Below are positions 35,351 to 47,051 of a DNA stretch of 48,419 nt, piece by piece. This DNA is from Alphaproteobacteria bacterium. Lineage in GTDB: Bacteria > Pseudomonadota > Alphaproteobacteria > UBA6615. The position numbers were made by a program, and so were the translations under genes. The stretch lies in assembly GCA_965261975.1 (NCBI GenBank), contig CBDHEC010000016.1:1-48419 (forward strand), read 5' to 3'. The notes beneath the pieces were generated by a model. It was not told the origin of the DNA, ran no database searches, and was given only the letters and a program-made list of their open reading frames with translations. The first letter of the stretch is position 1. Each line of letters begins with the position of its first letter.

Positions 35351-36115
35351 ATGCTTGATCGGTTGCTGGTCGCCGACGTCTATCTTTTCATGATGATTTT
35401 CGCGCGTCTTGGCAGCGCGGTGATGCTGTTGCCGGGGTTTGGCGAGGTAAACGTGCCGGTGCGCGTGCGCCTGATCATCGCGCTGACCGTGACCTTCCTG
35501 GTGTTTCCCGTTGTCTCATCGACCATTCCCGCGACCCCGCCCATCCTGTCGGAATTGTTCGTGTTGCTGGGGAGCGAGATTCTGATCGGGATTGCGATCG
35601 GTGCCATTGCCCGGCTTTTGCTGTCGATGCTGCAGGTGGGTGGCACGATCATCGCGTTCAATTCGGGCCTCGCCAGCGCCCAGCTCTTCGACCCCACGGC
35701 GGGCCAGCAGGGCGCGATCACGGGTGCGTTTCTGGCGACGGTCGGCGTCACGCTGCTGTTCGTGACCAACATGCACCATGTGATGCTGATGGGGCTCGTC
35801 GACAGCTATGTGCTGTTCGTCCCCGGGCAGGGATTTCCGGTCGGGGATTTTTCGGACCTGGCCGCGCGCGTGGTGGCGGACAGTTTTCGGTTGGGACTTC
35901 AGATCGCCCTGCCGGTACTGGTCGTTGGCATGCTGATCTATGTATCGATGGGCCTGATGGCCCGGCTGATGCCGCAAATTCAGGTTTTCTTCATCGCGCT
36001 GCCGCTCCAGATCCTGGTCGGATTCTCCATACTCGCGATCACGCTGGGCGTCAGCATGCTCGTGTTCCTCGATCATTTCGAAACCGTCATGGGCGGTTTC
36101 CTGCGAACTTCGTAA
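35351..36115 (+). CDS. fliR: Flagellar export protein FliR
   Basis: FARLG..LPGFGE, ARLMPQIQVFFIALP. Confidence 0.95.
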   Translation: MLDRLLVADVYLFMMIFARLGSAVMLLPGFGEVNVPVRVRLIIALTVTFLVFPVVSSTIPATPPILSELFVLLGSEILIGIAIGAIARLLLSMLQVGGTIIAFNSGLASAQLFDPTAGQQGAITGAFLATVGVTLLFVTNMHHVMLMGLVDSYVLFVPGQGFPVGDFSDLAARVVADSFRLGLQIALPVLVVGMLIYVSMGLMARLMPQIQVFFIALPLQILVGFSILAITLGVSMLVFLDHFETVMGGFLRTS

Positions 36116-36124
36116 GAGGCGTCG

Positions 36125-37243
36125 ATGGCCGATCAGGATCAGGACGACGCACAAAAAACAGAAGAACCGACAGCCAAGCGACTGCAAGATGCACGCAAGA
36201 AGGGCAACGTTGCCCAGTCGCGCGAGATCACCAACTGGTTCGTGCTGCTGTCGGGAACCATGGCGATAGGCCTCTTTCTGCCGTCGACCGGTTCCATGAT
36301 GATCCGCGATCTGCGGCGCTTTCTCGAGCGGCCCCATGACATCTCGTATGGCCCCGAATCCCTTGGTCTGCTGTTGACCGAAGTCGCGTCGGGTGTGGCG
36401 CTGGCGATCGCGTTTCCGATGCTGTTGTTCGTGCTGGCAGCCATCGCCGCGCCGTTGGTCCAGCACGGCATTATCTATGCACCGGAGAAACTGAAGCCGA
36501 GCCTCGAGAAGATATCTCTGATCAAGGGCGTACAGCGGATGTTCTCGCTGCGCTCGGTGACGGAACTGGTCAAGGGCCTGTTCAAGATCGCCATGGTGGC
36601 CGCGGTCGCGGCGGCCGTGATTATCCCCGAGCTTGAGGAACTACCGCATATCCCCGTGATGGACCTGCGCACGGTGCTTGAGCTTCTGTTCACGCTGGGC
36701 GTGAAGATCTTCGGCGGGGTCGTCATTTTGCTGACGGCGTTGGCGCTGTTCGACTTCATGTATCAGATCTTCGACCACCGCAAGAAACTGCGCATGACCC
36801 GGCAGGAAGTGCGTGACGAGGCCAAGCAAGCCGAGGGTGACCCGCATGTCAAAGCGCGGCTGCGCCAGATTCGCATGGAGCGGTCGCGCCAGCGCATGAT
36901 GCAGGCGGTGCCGACGGCGGATGTGGTGATCACCAACCCGACCCATTATGCGGTCGCGCTCTCCTATGATCAGGACATGATGGCCGCTCCGAAAGTGGTG
37001 GCGAAGGGCGTCGATGCTGTTGCATTCCGTATCCGCGAGACGGCAGAGGAACATGACGTGCCGATCTTCGAGAACCCGCCCCTCGCGCGCGGCATTTACG
37101 CCTCGGTTGAGCTCGACGACTTTATCGAGCCCGAGCATTTCAAGGCGGTTGCTGAAATTATCGCCTTCGTGATGGGGATCTCCAAGGTCCGGCCCAAGCC
37201 GATGCGTGATGGCGATTTGCCTGGTCCGGAGGATGCTGGCTGA
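36125..37243 (+). CDS. flhB: Flagellar export protein FlhB
   Basis: KTEEPTAKRL, EGDPHVKARLR, autocleavage motif NPTH, ENPPLAR. Confidence 0.95.
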   Translation: MADQDQDDAQKTEEPTAKRLQDARKKGNVAQSREITNWFVLLSGTMAIGLFLPSTGSMMIRDLRRFLERPHDISYGPESLGLLLTEVASGVALAIAFPMLLFVLAAIAAPLVQHGIIYAPEKLKPSLEKISLIKGVQRMFSLRSVTELVKGLFKIAMVAAVAAAVIIPELEELPHIPVMDLRTVLELLFTLGVKIFGGVVILLTALALFDFMYQIFDHRKKLRMTRQEVRDEAKQAEGDPHVKARLRQIRMERSRQRMMQAVPTADVVITNPTHYAVALSYDQDMMAAPKVVAKGVDAVAFRIRETAEEHDVPIFENPPLARGIYASVELDDFIEPEHFKAVAEIIAFVMGISKVRPKPMRDGDLPGPEDAG

Positions 37244-37421
37244 TGGCGGAGATGCTTGGCGCACGCGGATGCAACGAGTTATGAGTTGAGGGAAGTGGGC
37301 TGTTGACCCGGCCGGTTGTGGCTCGGGCAGGTCCGGTGATGGGAGCGGCGATGCCGATAGGGGAGGCAGCACGCGAAGCGCCGAGCCGAGTTCGGCCGAG
37401 GATCCGGTACTGATTGGCGCC

Positions 37422-39876
37422 GTGGCGGCGATCGTGGCGGTATCGCTCGCCGGGGTCGGTGTGTTTGCCTGGCTCGGTCCTTCCAACGAACAACTCGCGG
37501 TGGCCATCGGGGCGATCGTCCTGGTCATGGGGATCGGGATCGCCGGCCTCTGGGCGATGACACGCCGCCAGCGCCGGTTGGTTCGTAACTCGGCCATCTG
37601 GAGTGCGGTCGGCAATGTGTTGTCGTTCCCCTGTTGTATCGTTGATCCGAACGGCCGTGCCGTTTTCTCGAACGCCGGCTACCAGGCAATGTTTCCCGAT
37701 TCTGACCATGCGCCGCTGGCGCGTTTGGGAGAGCGGATCGGCAGCGGTCCGGAAACCTCCGAGCGTCTCGGGCGCCTGACATCGGCGGCGGCCAACAACG
37801 TGCCGATGACCGATGAGATCCAGGTCCCCGATACGGGTGATTCCATCACCTGGCTTCGGATTTCCGCCTATCCACTGGCGGATGTGCCGGGGGCGGCGCT
37901 ATGGGCCGTTGAGGATATCAGCGCGCGCCGACGCATGGAGCAGACCATCCATGAAGAGCAGGCGAAGCTGGTCGATTTCCTCGAGCATGCGCCGATCGGT
38001 TTCTATTCGGTTGACCAGGACGGACGTTTCCTGTTCGTCAACAACGCCCTGGCGACATGGCTGGGCTACACGGCCGAGGAGATGCTCGCTGGAGACATGC
38101 ATCTGCATGATTTTCTGTCGACGCGCCCGGCGGCGGAGGTGCCTGCCTACCGGCCGTCCCTGCTGGCGCCGGATGAGACGACGGGGGGCGGTTACGAACT
38201 GTCGCTGACGGGCCGCGACGGCCGGGCGATGCAGGTGTTTATCGGTCAAACCGAGGTATTCGCCGACGGCGGCGAGGTGCGGACCCGCTCGGTGGTACGC
38301 GACCTGACCCCCGAGCGCGAGTGGGAACAGGCCTTGCGCCGTTCCGAACAGCGTTTCGCCCGTTTTTTCGAAGACGCACCCGTCGGTATCGTGTTGCTCG
38401 ATGGGGAAGGCCGGGTCACAGAGTCCAACCGGGCCTGGCGCACGCTGGCGGCGCCGGTGGAGCAGAAGCTGCTGGGCCGACCGATCCGCGATTTCGTGGC
38501 CTCGGAAGATGACGGCAAGGTCACGACCTGGCTGGACCGGGTGATGTCGGATGCGGATCTGACCGCGCCCATGGATGTGCGGCTGCGGACCACCAACGAG
38601 GCCGGCGTCAACCGGATCGCGACCATGTATGTCAGCCGCATGGATGACAGCCAGGGCGGCATATACGGGCTGATCGTGCATTTCCTCGAGACGACCGAAC
38701 AGCGCTCGCTGGAGGCCCAGTTCGCGCAAGGCCAGAAGATGCAGGCGGTGGGTCAGCTCGCCGGTGGCATTGCCCATGACTTCAACAACCTGCTGACGGC
38801 GATGATCGGTTTTTGCGACTTGCTGCTGCTGCGCCACAGCCCGGGTGACCAGTCGTTCGGCGACATCATGCAGATCAAGCAGAATGCGAACAGAGCCGCC
38901 CGGCTGGTGCGCCAGCTCCTGGCCTTTTCGCGCCAGCAAACCCTGCAGCCCCGTGTTCTGTCGATGACCGACGTGCTGGGCGATCTGGCGAACCTGCTGC
39001 GCCGGTTGATCGGTGCGAACATCAAGCTGAATATCACCCATGGACGCGAACTCGCGCTGGTGCGCGCCGACCAGGGGCAGGTCGAGCAGGTCATTATCAA
39101 TCTGGCCGTGAACGCCCGCGACGCCATGACCGAGGGTGGCGAGCTCACCATCGAGACCGCCAACAAGACCTTCATCACGAGCCAGCGCCGGGGCGGCGAG
39201 ACGATCCTGCCGGGGGACTATGTGGTGATCAAAGTTGCCGACAGCGGCGTCGGGATCCCGAAGGAGAATCTCGAACATATTTTCGAGCCGTTCTTCACGA
39301 CCAAGGAAGTCGGCGCGGGGACCGGCCTTGGCTTGTCGACGGTTTACGGCATCGTCAAGCAAACGGGCGGGTATGTGCTGGTCGATTCCGACACGGGTTC
39401 TGGCACGTCCTTCACGATCTATCTGCCCGCACACGCCCAGGAGGCCGGTGCGGCGGAGAAGGCCGAGGCGGCGGATTCACCCAGCGCTGCAGACACGACG
39501 GGTGCGGGGACGGTGCTGGTTGTCGAGAACGAGGATGCGGTGCGGCTGTTCTCCGCGCGCGCTGCGCGCCAAGGGCTACAAGGTGCTGGAGGCGCGCACC
39601 GGCGAGGCGGCGATGGAGCTGATGGGGGTCGTCGAGGAGCCGATCGACCTGCTGGTCACGGATGCGGTGATGCCGGAAATGGACGGCCCGACGCTGATCA
39701 AGAATGTGCGCGAGGAAAAACCGGAAATGCCCGTCATCTGCATCTCGGGCTATGCCGAGGAAACATTCCGCAATCGCCTCGGCGAAGACCAGGATATTCA
39801 TTTCCTGCCCAAGCCGTTCTCGCTTGCCCAGCTAGCGGGCAAGGTGAAAGAAGTGATGGACCGGGTGCCCGCCTAG
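37422..39876 (+). pseudogene. cckA: Cell-cycle hybrid histidine kinase CckA with a frameshift in the receiver domain (real lesion or sequencing error)
   Basis: TM-PAS-PAS-HisKA (QKMQAVGQLAGGIAHDFNNLLT)-HATPase; position flhB-cckA-recA. The receiver continues in another frame (RALRAKGYKV..DAVMPEMDGP..FLPKPF) after about 39560. Confidence 0.85.
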
Positions 39877-39971
39877 GGTGGCGACTCCGGCATTTGCTCT
39901 ATAGTCCAGTTTCTCGTCCGGAACTGTTCCATATTGCGTAAATCAGGCGCAAATCCGGCAGTTTCGAATGA

Positions 39972-40011
39972 GAACAAAAAAAGAACTTTACAAGCAGAAC
40001 AAAGCAAGTAC
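39972..40011 (+). promoter_or_regulatory. Two alphaproteobacterial LexA boxes upstream of recA
   Basis: GAAC-N7-GAAC (39972-39986) and GAAC-N7-GTAC (39997-40011). Confidence 0.85.
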
Positions 40012-40114
40012 ATTGACGCTCTGAACCGCGAAGATGGGTTTTAGGACCATCGCGGGGCCGCAGGAACCAGAGGGATCCTAGGCGGGATCTCCAGAGGAAA
40101 CGGAGGAGCGATCC

Positions 40115-41251
40115 ATGAGCAGCACACAGCTTCGCGTCGTCGAGGACAGCATGAAACCCGAAGAACGCAACAAGGCCCTTGATGCCGCGTTGAGCCAGAT
40201 CGAGAAGGCCTATGGCAAGGGCTCGATCATGCGGCTTGGCGACGACAATGCCGTCGAGATTGCCTCCGTATCCACCGGTTCACTCGGCCTCGATATCGCG
40301 CTTGGTATCGGCGGCGTGCCGCGCGGCCGGGTCGTTGAGATTTATGGCCCCGAGAGTTCGGGCAAGACCACCATGGCCCTGCACATCATCGCCGAAGCTC
40401 AGAAGACGGGCGGCACATGTGCATTTGTCGATGCCGAGCACGCGCTCGACCCGACCTACGCCCGCAAGCTTGGTGTCAACCTTGACGATCTCCTGATCTC
40501 CCAGCCCGACGCAGGCGAACAGGCACTCGAAATCGCCGATACGCTGGTCCGCTCCGGTGCGGTGGATATTCTGGTGGTCGACAGTGTCGCGGCCCTGGTG
40601 CCGCGCGCCGAACTCGAAGGCGAGATGGGTGATTCACTCCCCGGCCTGCACGCCCGGCTGATGAGCCAGGCCCTGCGCAAGCTGACCGGCTCGATTTCGC
40701 GCTCGGACACGACGGTGATCTTCATCAACCAGATTCGCCACAAGATCGGCGTCATGTTCGGCAGCCCCGAGACCACGACGGGCGGCAACGCGCTGAAATT
40801 CTATGCCTCGGTCCGCCTCGACATCCGCCGCATCGGTTCGATCAAGGACCGCGACGAGGTCGTCGGCAACCAGACCCGGGTCAAGGTGGTCAAGAACAAG
40901 CTGGCGCCGCCTTTCAAGATCGTCGAATTCGACATCATGTATGGCGAGGGTGTCTCCAAGATGGGCGAATTGCTCGATCTCGGGGTCCAGGCCGGTATCA
41001 TCGACAAGTCGGGCGCCTGGTTCTCCTACGGGGACGAGCGGGTCGGGCAGGGCCGGGAGAACGCCAAGACGTTCTTCAAGGAGAACCCGGAAATTGCCGC
41101 GGAGATCGAGCACAAGATCCGCGCCAATGCAGGCCTGATCGCCGACGCCATGTTGGGCAATCCCGAGGATTTCAAGGACGGTGAGTCGGAATCGGAGGAC
41201 GAGCCGAACGGCCCATCGGACGTCCCCCAGAATGCCGCCGAAGGCGACTAA
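40115..41251 (+). CDS. recA: Recombinase A
   Basis: [43 protein letters not shown]. Confidence 0.99.
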   Translation: MSSTQLRVVEDSMKPEERNKALDAALSQIEKAYGKGSIMRLGDDNAVEIASVSTGSLGLDIALGIGGVPRGRVVEIYGPESSGKTTMALHIIAEAQKTGGTCAFVDAEHALDPTYARKLGVNLDDLLISQPDAGEQALEIADTLVRSGAVDILVVDSVAALVPRAELEGEMGDSLPGLHARLMSQALRKLTGSISRSDTTVIFINQIRHKIGVMFGSPETTTGGNALKFYASVRLDIRRIGSIKDRDEVVGNQTRVKVVKNKLAPPFKIVEFDIMYGEGVSKMGELLDLGVQAGIIDKSGAWFSYGDERVGQGRENAKTFFKENPEIAAEIEHKIRANAGLIADAMLGNPEDFKDGESESEDEPNGPSDVPQNAAEGD

Positions 41252-41297
41252 ACGAGACTTTCGTCGGGATTGATCGTCCTCGGTGATGACATAAAGG

Positions 41298-41331
41298 AGG
41301 CCCCCCCACGGCAATGGGTGGGGCCTTTTTT
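41298..41331 (+). terminator. Intrinsic terminator after recA
   Basis: AGGCCCC-CCCA..TGGG-T-GGGGCCT followed by a T-tract. Confidence 0.75.
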
Positions 41332-41507
41332 GCTTATGTGTCCAGCGGACATGCTTGTCCCTGCCGTCGTTTGCAATTCCCGGGATTTGCGCTGACTGCC
41401 TTTCATGCACATTCCCACGCTTTTAACGGGCCATGTGGTAACCTCGACAGGCATTCGGGCGCGCGTTAAAACCGCCCGGCAACTTCGTTTTGACCGGCCC
41501 GGCAGAT

Positions 41508-44186
41508 ATGGCGACCACCAGTGAAATCCGTTCAGCGTTCCTCGATTATTTTGCCCAGGATGGGCATGAGATCGTCGAATCGTCTCCGCTCGTCCCGCAC
41601 AATGATCCGACCCTGCTGTTTACCAATGCGGGCATGGTTCAGTTCAAGAACGTTTTTACCGGCGCCGAGAACCGGCCCTATAGCCGTGCCACCACATCGC
41701 AGAAATGCGTACGCGCAGGGGGCAAGCATAACGATCTCGAGAATGTCGGTTACACGGCACGCCACCACACCTTCTTCGAGATGCTCGGCAACTTCTCGTT
41801 CGGTGACTATTTCAAAGAACATGCGATCGAGCTGGCCTGGAACCTGATTACCAAGGAATACGGTCTCCCGGCCGACCGGCTGATCGCGACCGTCTATGCC
41901 GAAGACGACGAAGCATTCGATCTGTGGAAGAAGATCGCCGGCCTGTCAGAAGACAAGATTATCCGCATCGCCACCCACGACAATTTCTGGGCGATGGGCG
42001 ACACGGGCCCCTGCGGGCCATGTTCGGAGATATTCTTCGATCACGGCGACAAGATCCCCGGCGGCCCCCCGGGTAGCCCTGACGAGGATGGCGACAGGTT
42101 CATCGAGGTCTGGAACCTCGTGTTCATGCAGTATGAGCAGCGCAGCGCGGATTTACGCGAAGACCTGCCGAAGCCGTCGATCGACACGGGCATGGGGCTG
42201 GAGCGGATCGCGGCGGTCCTCCAGGGCAAGCACGACAATTACGATATCGACCTGATGCGCGGCCTGATCGAGGCGTCGGCGCATGCGGCCAATGTCGATC
42301 CCGACGGAGAGGGTGCCGTCAGCCACCGGGTGATCGCTGATCATTTGCGTGCCTGTTCCTTCCTGATGGCGGATGGCGTGCTGCCCTCGAACGAGGGACG
42401 CGGGTATGTGCTGCGGCGGATCATGCGCCGCGGCATGCGCCATGCGCATCTTCTCGGCTGCCGCGACCCGCTGATGCACCGCCTGGTGCCGTCGCTTGTC
42501 TCGGCGATGGGAGATGCCTTTCCCGAGCTGCGTCGGGCCCAGCCGCTGATCACGGAGACGTTTCGCCTTGAGGAGGAGCGGTTTAAGCAGACCCTGGATC
42601 GCGGCCTGAAACTGCTCGAAGAGGAAACCGACAAACTGGCCGACGGGGCCGACCTGTCCGGCGAGGTGGCGTTCCGTTTGTACGACACGTTCGGCTTCCC
42701 GCTCGATCTGACCGAGGACATCCTGCGCGGGCAGGGGCGTTCGGTCGACAACGCCGCCTTCGATGCGGCGATGGACGCGCAACGCGCGGCCGCGCGCAGG
42801 GCCTGGTCCGGATCAGGGGACGCCGCGACCGAGGAAGTCTGGTTCGATATCCGGGAGGAAACCGGGGCTACCGAGTTTCTCGGCTACGATACCGACACCG
42901 CCGAGGGCAAAGTGGTTGCGATCGTCGTCGACGGCGAACGGGTCGAGACGGCCGCACCGGGCCAGGATGTTGCGGTCATCGTCAACCAGACGCCGTTTTA
43001 CGGGGAATCGGGCGGTCAGATGGGCGATGCCGGCGTGATGTTCAGCCCGGGCGGTGCGGAGATCACGGTCCGGGATACCCAGAAGAAACTCGGCGATATG
43101 CATGTTCATCTCGGGGCCGTCGACGGCAAGCCGTTAAGCGTCGGCGACGTGGTGGAGTTGCGTATTGATGTCATGCGTCGCAACAGGTTGCGCGCCAACC
43201 ATTCCGCGACTCACCTGCTGCATGAGGCACTGCGCGGGGAACTGGGCGCCCATGTCGCCCAGAAGGGTTCATTGGTTGCACCCGACCGATTGCGGTTCGA
43301 TATCTCCCACACCAAACCGATGGACGCGGCAGAAATTTCGGCCGTCGAGGCCGCGGTCAACGACCGGGTTGCAGTTAATGCGTCCGTGAACACGACCCTG
43401 ATGACCCCCGATGAGGCGATCGATGCCGGGGCCCTTGCATTGTTTGGCGAGAAATATGGCGATGAGGTACGGGTCGTGGCGATGGGTGGCGCCGCCGCCG
43501 ACGCTGACAATGACCGCGTGGCCTATTCCGTGGAGCTGTGCGGTGGCACCCATGTGCGCCGCACCGGCGATATCGGGCTGGTCAAGATCGTCTCGGAAAG
43601 CGCCGTATCGGCCGGTGTGCGCCGGATCGAGGCGCTCACGGGGTCCGATGCGCGCACCTATATGGAAACCCAGGACCGGCTGCTGCGAGAGACGGCGGAC
43701 AGCCTGCGGACCACACCCGAAGCTGTGCCCGAGCGCGTCGCCCAGCTGCTCGAGGAGCGCAAGAAGCTTGAGCGTGAGTTGACCGAAACGAGACGAAAGC
43801 TCGCGGCCGGTGGTGGCGGGTCGTCGGCGGCAGACGATGCGTCCCAGGACATCGGCGGGGTGACGTTTACCGCGCGCGCCCTGACCGACGTACCACCGCG
43901 TGAACTCAAGAGCTTGGTCGACGACATGAAGGACAGCATCGGCTCCGGTGTCGTTGCGGTGGCGGGTGCCTTTGACGATAAGGGCTCGATCGTGGTCGGC
44001 GTGACATCCGACCTGATCAAGCGCTTCAGCGCGGTCGATCTCGTGCGCATCGGCGTCACCGAGCTCGGCGGCAAGGGCGGCGGCGGCCGCCCGGACATGG
44101 CCCAGGGTGGCGGGCCCGACCCCTCGAAGACCGAGGCCGCGCTGGCCGCCATCGAAGCCGCCTTGAAGGACGAACTGGCCGTCTGA
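41508..44186 (+). CDS. alaS: Alanine--tRNA ligase
   Basis: [59 protein letters not shown]. Confidence 0.99.
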   Translation: MATTSEIRSAFLDYFAQDGHEIVESSPLVPHNDPTLLFTNAGMVQFKNVFTGAENRPYSRATTSQKCVRAGGKHNDLENVGYTARHHTFFEMLGNFSFGDYFKEHAIELAWNLITKEYGLPADRLIATVYAEDDEAFDLWKKIAGLSEDKIIRIATHDNFWAMGDTGPCGPCSEIFFDHGDKIPGGPPGSPDEDGDRFIEVWNLVFMQYEQRSADLREDLPKPSIDTGMGLERIAAVLQGKHDNYDIDLMRGLIEASAHAANVDPDGEGAVSHRVIADHLRACSFLMADGVLPSNEGRGYVLRRIMRRGMRHAHLLGCRDPLMHRLVPSLVSAMGDAFPELRRAQPLITETFRLEEERFKQTLDRGLKLLEEETDKLADGADLSGEVAFRLYDTFGFPLDLTEDILRGQGRSVDNAAFDAAMDAQRAAARRAWSGSGDAATEEVWFDIREETGATEFLGYDTDTAEGKVVAIVVDGERVETAAPGQDVAVIVNQTPFYGESGGQMGDAGVMFSPGGAEITVRDTQKKLGDMHVHLGAVDGKPLSVGDVVELRIDVMRRNRLRANHSATHLLHEALRGELGAHVAQKGSLVAPDRLRFDISHTKPMDAAEISAVEAAVNDRVAVNASVNTTLMTPDEAIDAGALALFGEKYGDEVRVVAMGGAAADADNDRVAYSVELCGGTHVRRTGDIGLVKIVSESAVSAGVRRIEALTGSDARTYMETQDRLLRETADSLRTTPEAVPERVAQLLEERKKLERELTETRRKLAAGGGGSSAADDASQDIGGVTFTARALTDVPPRELKSLVDDMKDSIGSGVVAVAGAFDDKGSIVVGVTSDLIKRFSAVDLVRIGVTELGGKGGGGRPDMAQGGGPDPSKTEAALAAIEAALKDELAV

Positions 44187-44209
44187 GCGACGGTCGACAG
44201 GGAGTGAAC

Positions 44210-45061
44210 ATGCGCTTCGAAGGCACCAAGACCTATGTGGCGACCGACGATCTGCAAATCGCGGTCAACGCGGCCATCACCCTCGAGCGGCCGCTGCTGG
44301 TGAAGGGTGAGCCGGGGACCGGGAAGACCGTCCTGGCACATGAGATCGCCGAGGCGCTGGGCGCGCCGCTGATCGAGTGGCATGTGAAATCCACGACCAA
44401 GGCCCAGCACGGCCTGTACGAGTATGACGCGGTCGCGCGGTTGCGTGATGGCCAGCTGGGCGATGAGCGCGTCCAGGATATTTCGAATTATATTATTCAG
44501 GGCAAACTCTGGGAGGCGTTTGAGAGTGAGCAGCGCCCCGTCCTGCTGATCGATGAGATCGACAAGGCGGACATCGAGTTTCCCAACGATCTGTTGCTCG
44601 AGATCGACCGGATGGAGTTTCACGTCTACGAGACCAAGCAGACGGTCGTCGCCAAGCACCGTCCGATTGTAATCATCACGTCGAACAACGAGAAAGAGCT
44701 GCCCGACGCGTTCCTGCGGCGTTGTTTCTTCCACTACATCGCGTTCCCGGACGCCGAAACGATGACCCGGATCGTCGATGTTCATCATCCCGACATCAAG
44801 AAGCGCTTGCTGCGCGAGGCGCTTACCTCCTTCTACGATCTGCGAGAGGTGCCGGGCCTCAAGAAAAAGCCGTCGACGTCCGAATTGCTCGACTGGTTGA
44901 AGCTCCTGATGGCCGAAGATATTGACCCCGAGGAGCTGCGCACCAACGACCCGGCGAAACTGATCCCGCCTTTGTATGGTGCGCTCTTGAAATCGGAACA
45001 GGATGTGCAGCTGTTCGAACGGCTGGCCTTCCTGAACCGTCGCGAACGTGCCGGAAGCTAG
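44210..45061 (+). CDS. MoxR family AAA+ ATPase
   Basis: GEPGTGKT, LLIDEIDKADIEFPNDLL, TSNNEKELPDAFLRRC. Confidence 0.92.
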   Translation: MRFEGTKTYVATDDLQIAVNAAITLERPLLVKGEPGTGKTVLAHEIAEALGAPLIEWHVKSTTKAQHGLYEYDAVARLRDGQLGDERVQDISNYIIQGKLWEAFESEQRPVLLIDEIDKADIEFPNDLLLEIDRMEFHVYETKQTVVAKHRPIVIITSNNEKELPDAFLRRCFFHYIAFPDAETMTRIVDVHHPDIKKRLLREALTSFYDLREVPGLKKKPSTSELLDWLKLLMAEDIDPEELRTNDPAKLIPPLYGALLKSEQDVQLFERLAFLNRRERAGS

Positions 45062-45070
45062 TTCGCCCGC

Positions 45071-46255
45071 ATGTTCGCAGATTTCTTCCAGACCCTGCGA
45101 AAAGCCGAGATCCCGGTATCCCTGCGTGAGTATCTCGATCTCCTGACGGCGATGGATCGCGGGATCGCAGAATATAAGGTCGATGACTTCTACTACTTGT
45201 CGCGTGCGCTCCTGGTGAAGGACGAGCGGCATATCGACAAGTTTGATCAGGTCTTCGGTCACGTGTTCCGGGGGCTCGAGCCGCCCGAATTCGACGATCT
45301 TGACGGCGAAATCCCCGAGGAGTGGCTCCGCAAGATGGGCGAACTGGAGCTGACGGACGAAGAAAAGGCCCAGATCGAGGCCATGGGCGGCTGGGAAAAA
45401 TTGATGGAAACCCTGCGTGAACGGCTCGCCGAACAGGAGGGGCGGCATCAGGGTGGCAAGAAATGGATCGGTACCCAGGGCACGTCGCCCTATGGCGCGA
45501 ACGGCTACAACCCCGAAGGGGTTCGGATTGGCCAGGAGGGAAACAGGAATAATTCTGCGGTGAAGGTCTGGGACCGTCGCGAATTCAAGGACCTGGATGG
45601 CAGCGTCGAAATAGGCACCCGCAACATCAAGGTGGCGTTGCGCCGTCTTCGAAAGTTTGCCCGGGAGGGTGCGGCCGACGAGCTCGACCTCGACGACACG
45701 ATCAACTCGACGGCACGCAACGGCGGCTGGCTGGACATCAAGATGGTGCCCGAGCGTCACAACGCGGTGAAGGTGTTGTTGATGTTCGACGTCGGCGGTT
45801 CGATGGATCCGCACATCCGGATGTGTGAGGAACTTTTCTCGGCCGCGCGGACCGAGTTCAAGCATCTCGAATATTTCTACTTCCACAATTGCGTCTATGA
45901 ATCACTGTGGCGGGAGAATCGCCGCCGCCGCGCGGGCGGGACAGGTACCTGGGACGTGCTGCACACCTATCCGGCGGACTACAAGCTGGTGCTCGTCGGT
46001 GACGCGACCATGAGCCCTTACGAGATTTCTCACCCCGGTGGCAGCGTGGAACACTGGAATGAAGAGGCGGGCGAGACCTGGCTGCGCCGTCTCGTGCGAA
46101 CATACCCGCAAGTCGCCTGGCTCAACCCGATGCCCCAGGACCGGTGGCGCTATTTCCCGTCGATCGGCATGGTCAGCGAAATCCTGGATGGACGCATGTA
46201 CCCGCTTACGATCGAGGGCCTGGACGATGCGATGCGCGGTTTGAGCCGAAAATAA
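45071..46255 (+). CDS. vWA domain protein (CoxE-like partner of MoxR)
   Basis: MIDAS-like FDVGGSMD, FHNCVYE, VGDATMSPYEI, WLNP. Confidence 0.9.
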   Translation: MFADFFQTLRKAEIPVSLREYLDLLTAMDRGIAEYKVDDFYYLSRALLVKDERHIDKFDQVFGHVFRGLEPPEFDDLDGEIPEEWLRKMGELELTDEEKAQIEAMGGWEKLMETLRERLAEQEGRHQGGKKWIGTQGTSPYGANGYNPEGVRIGQEGNRNNSAVKVWDRREFKDLDGSVEIGTRNIKVALRRLRKFAREGAADELDLDDTINSTARNGGWLDIKMVPERHNAVKVLLMFDVGGSMDPHIRMCEELFSAARTEFKHLEYFYFHNCVYESLWRENRRRRAGGTGTWDVLHTYPADYKLVLVGDATMSPYEISHPGGSVEHWNEEAGETWLRRLVRTYPQVAWLNPMPQDRWRYFPSIGMVSEILDGRMYPLTIEGLDDAMRGLSRK

Positions 46256-46361
46256 CGAATAAAAACAATGCGTTAAAAAAAATGGAATGGTTTCGGTACA
46301 TCGGGTGTTTATCTCTATGTAACTACCTGTGTTCACCAACGTCCCGATAGGAGACAAAACT

Positions 46362-46499
46362 ATGTCCATTACCCGTATTCTCGCCGCCGCCGGCATTGCC
46401 TCGATCGCCTTCACCGGTGCCGCTCTGGCCCAGGGCAACACCAACCCGCAGCAGTCCGCCAAGGACCAGATGGTCAAGGAAGAGGCGATGAAGAAATAG
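46362..46499 (+). CDS. Small secreted peptide (45 aa) upstream of the ECF sigma gene
   Basis: Not in the ORF track. AGGAG RBS; MSITRILAAAGIASIAFTGAALA/QGNTNPQQSAKDQMVKEEAMKK, a signal peptide with an ALA site and a Met/Lys/acidic tail. Confidence 0.7.
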   Translation: MSITRILAAAGIASIAFTGAALAQGNTNPQQSAKDQMVKEEAMKK

Positions 46500-46535
46500 C
46501 GTCGTTTCGTTCAGGCCCCTTCGCGCCGGTCTCCG

Positions 46536-47051
46536 GTGAGCACAGAATCCAAACGCCAGGCGGTGACCGCGGAATTGCCGCGGCTCCGTCGGTACGCGAT
46601 AGCGCTGATGCGCGACCGCGTCGAGGCGGATGACCTCGTCAATGACGTGGTCGTCCGGGCGTTGGACAAGCTCCACCTTTGGCGCGAAGGGACCAACATG
46701 CGGACCTGATTGTTCACGATCATGCACAATCTTCATGCCAATGAGATGCGCCGGCGCAGCCGGGCTCTTGATTCCGTCCCGCTCGACGCCGCACCACCGC
46801 GCGCCGAACCGGCGGGCCAGGAAGCGGCTGTTGAATGGTCGGAACTGTCCAACGCCATGTCCGGCCTGTCGGTGGTGCACCGCCAGGTAATTCTCCTCGT
46901 CGGCCTGGAAGGCATGACCTATGCCGAAGCCGCCGGGGTGCTGGAAGTGCCGGTGGGGACCGTCATGTCACGCCTGTCGCGTGCGCGTGAGGATTTGCGA
47001 CGGCGTATCGACGAAGGTGCGCAGATCTCGACAATCCGGAGGATCAAGTGA
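46536..47051 (+). pseudogene. ECF sigma factor with an in-frame TGA at the conserved Trp
   Basis: LPRLRRYA..EADDLV..GTNMRT*LFTIMHN..EGMTYAEAAGVLEVPVGTVMSRLSRAR; TGA at 46707-46709. Confidence 0.85.

Noticed and set aside
43658-45886. 742-aa minus-strand ORF (likewise 14843-16618, 37899-39434, 46919-48337, 36641-37615)
   Set aside because: Antisense shadows of well-supported genes in GC-rich DNA; no motifs.
46707-46709. TGA recoding (Trp or Sec) in the sigma factor
   Set aside because: TGA is the normal stop of many genes here (fdhD, alaS, fliQ) and Trp is encoded by TGG; a point mutation or error is simpler.
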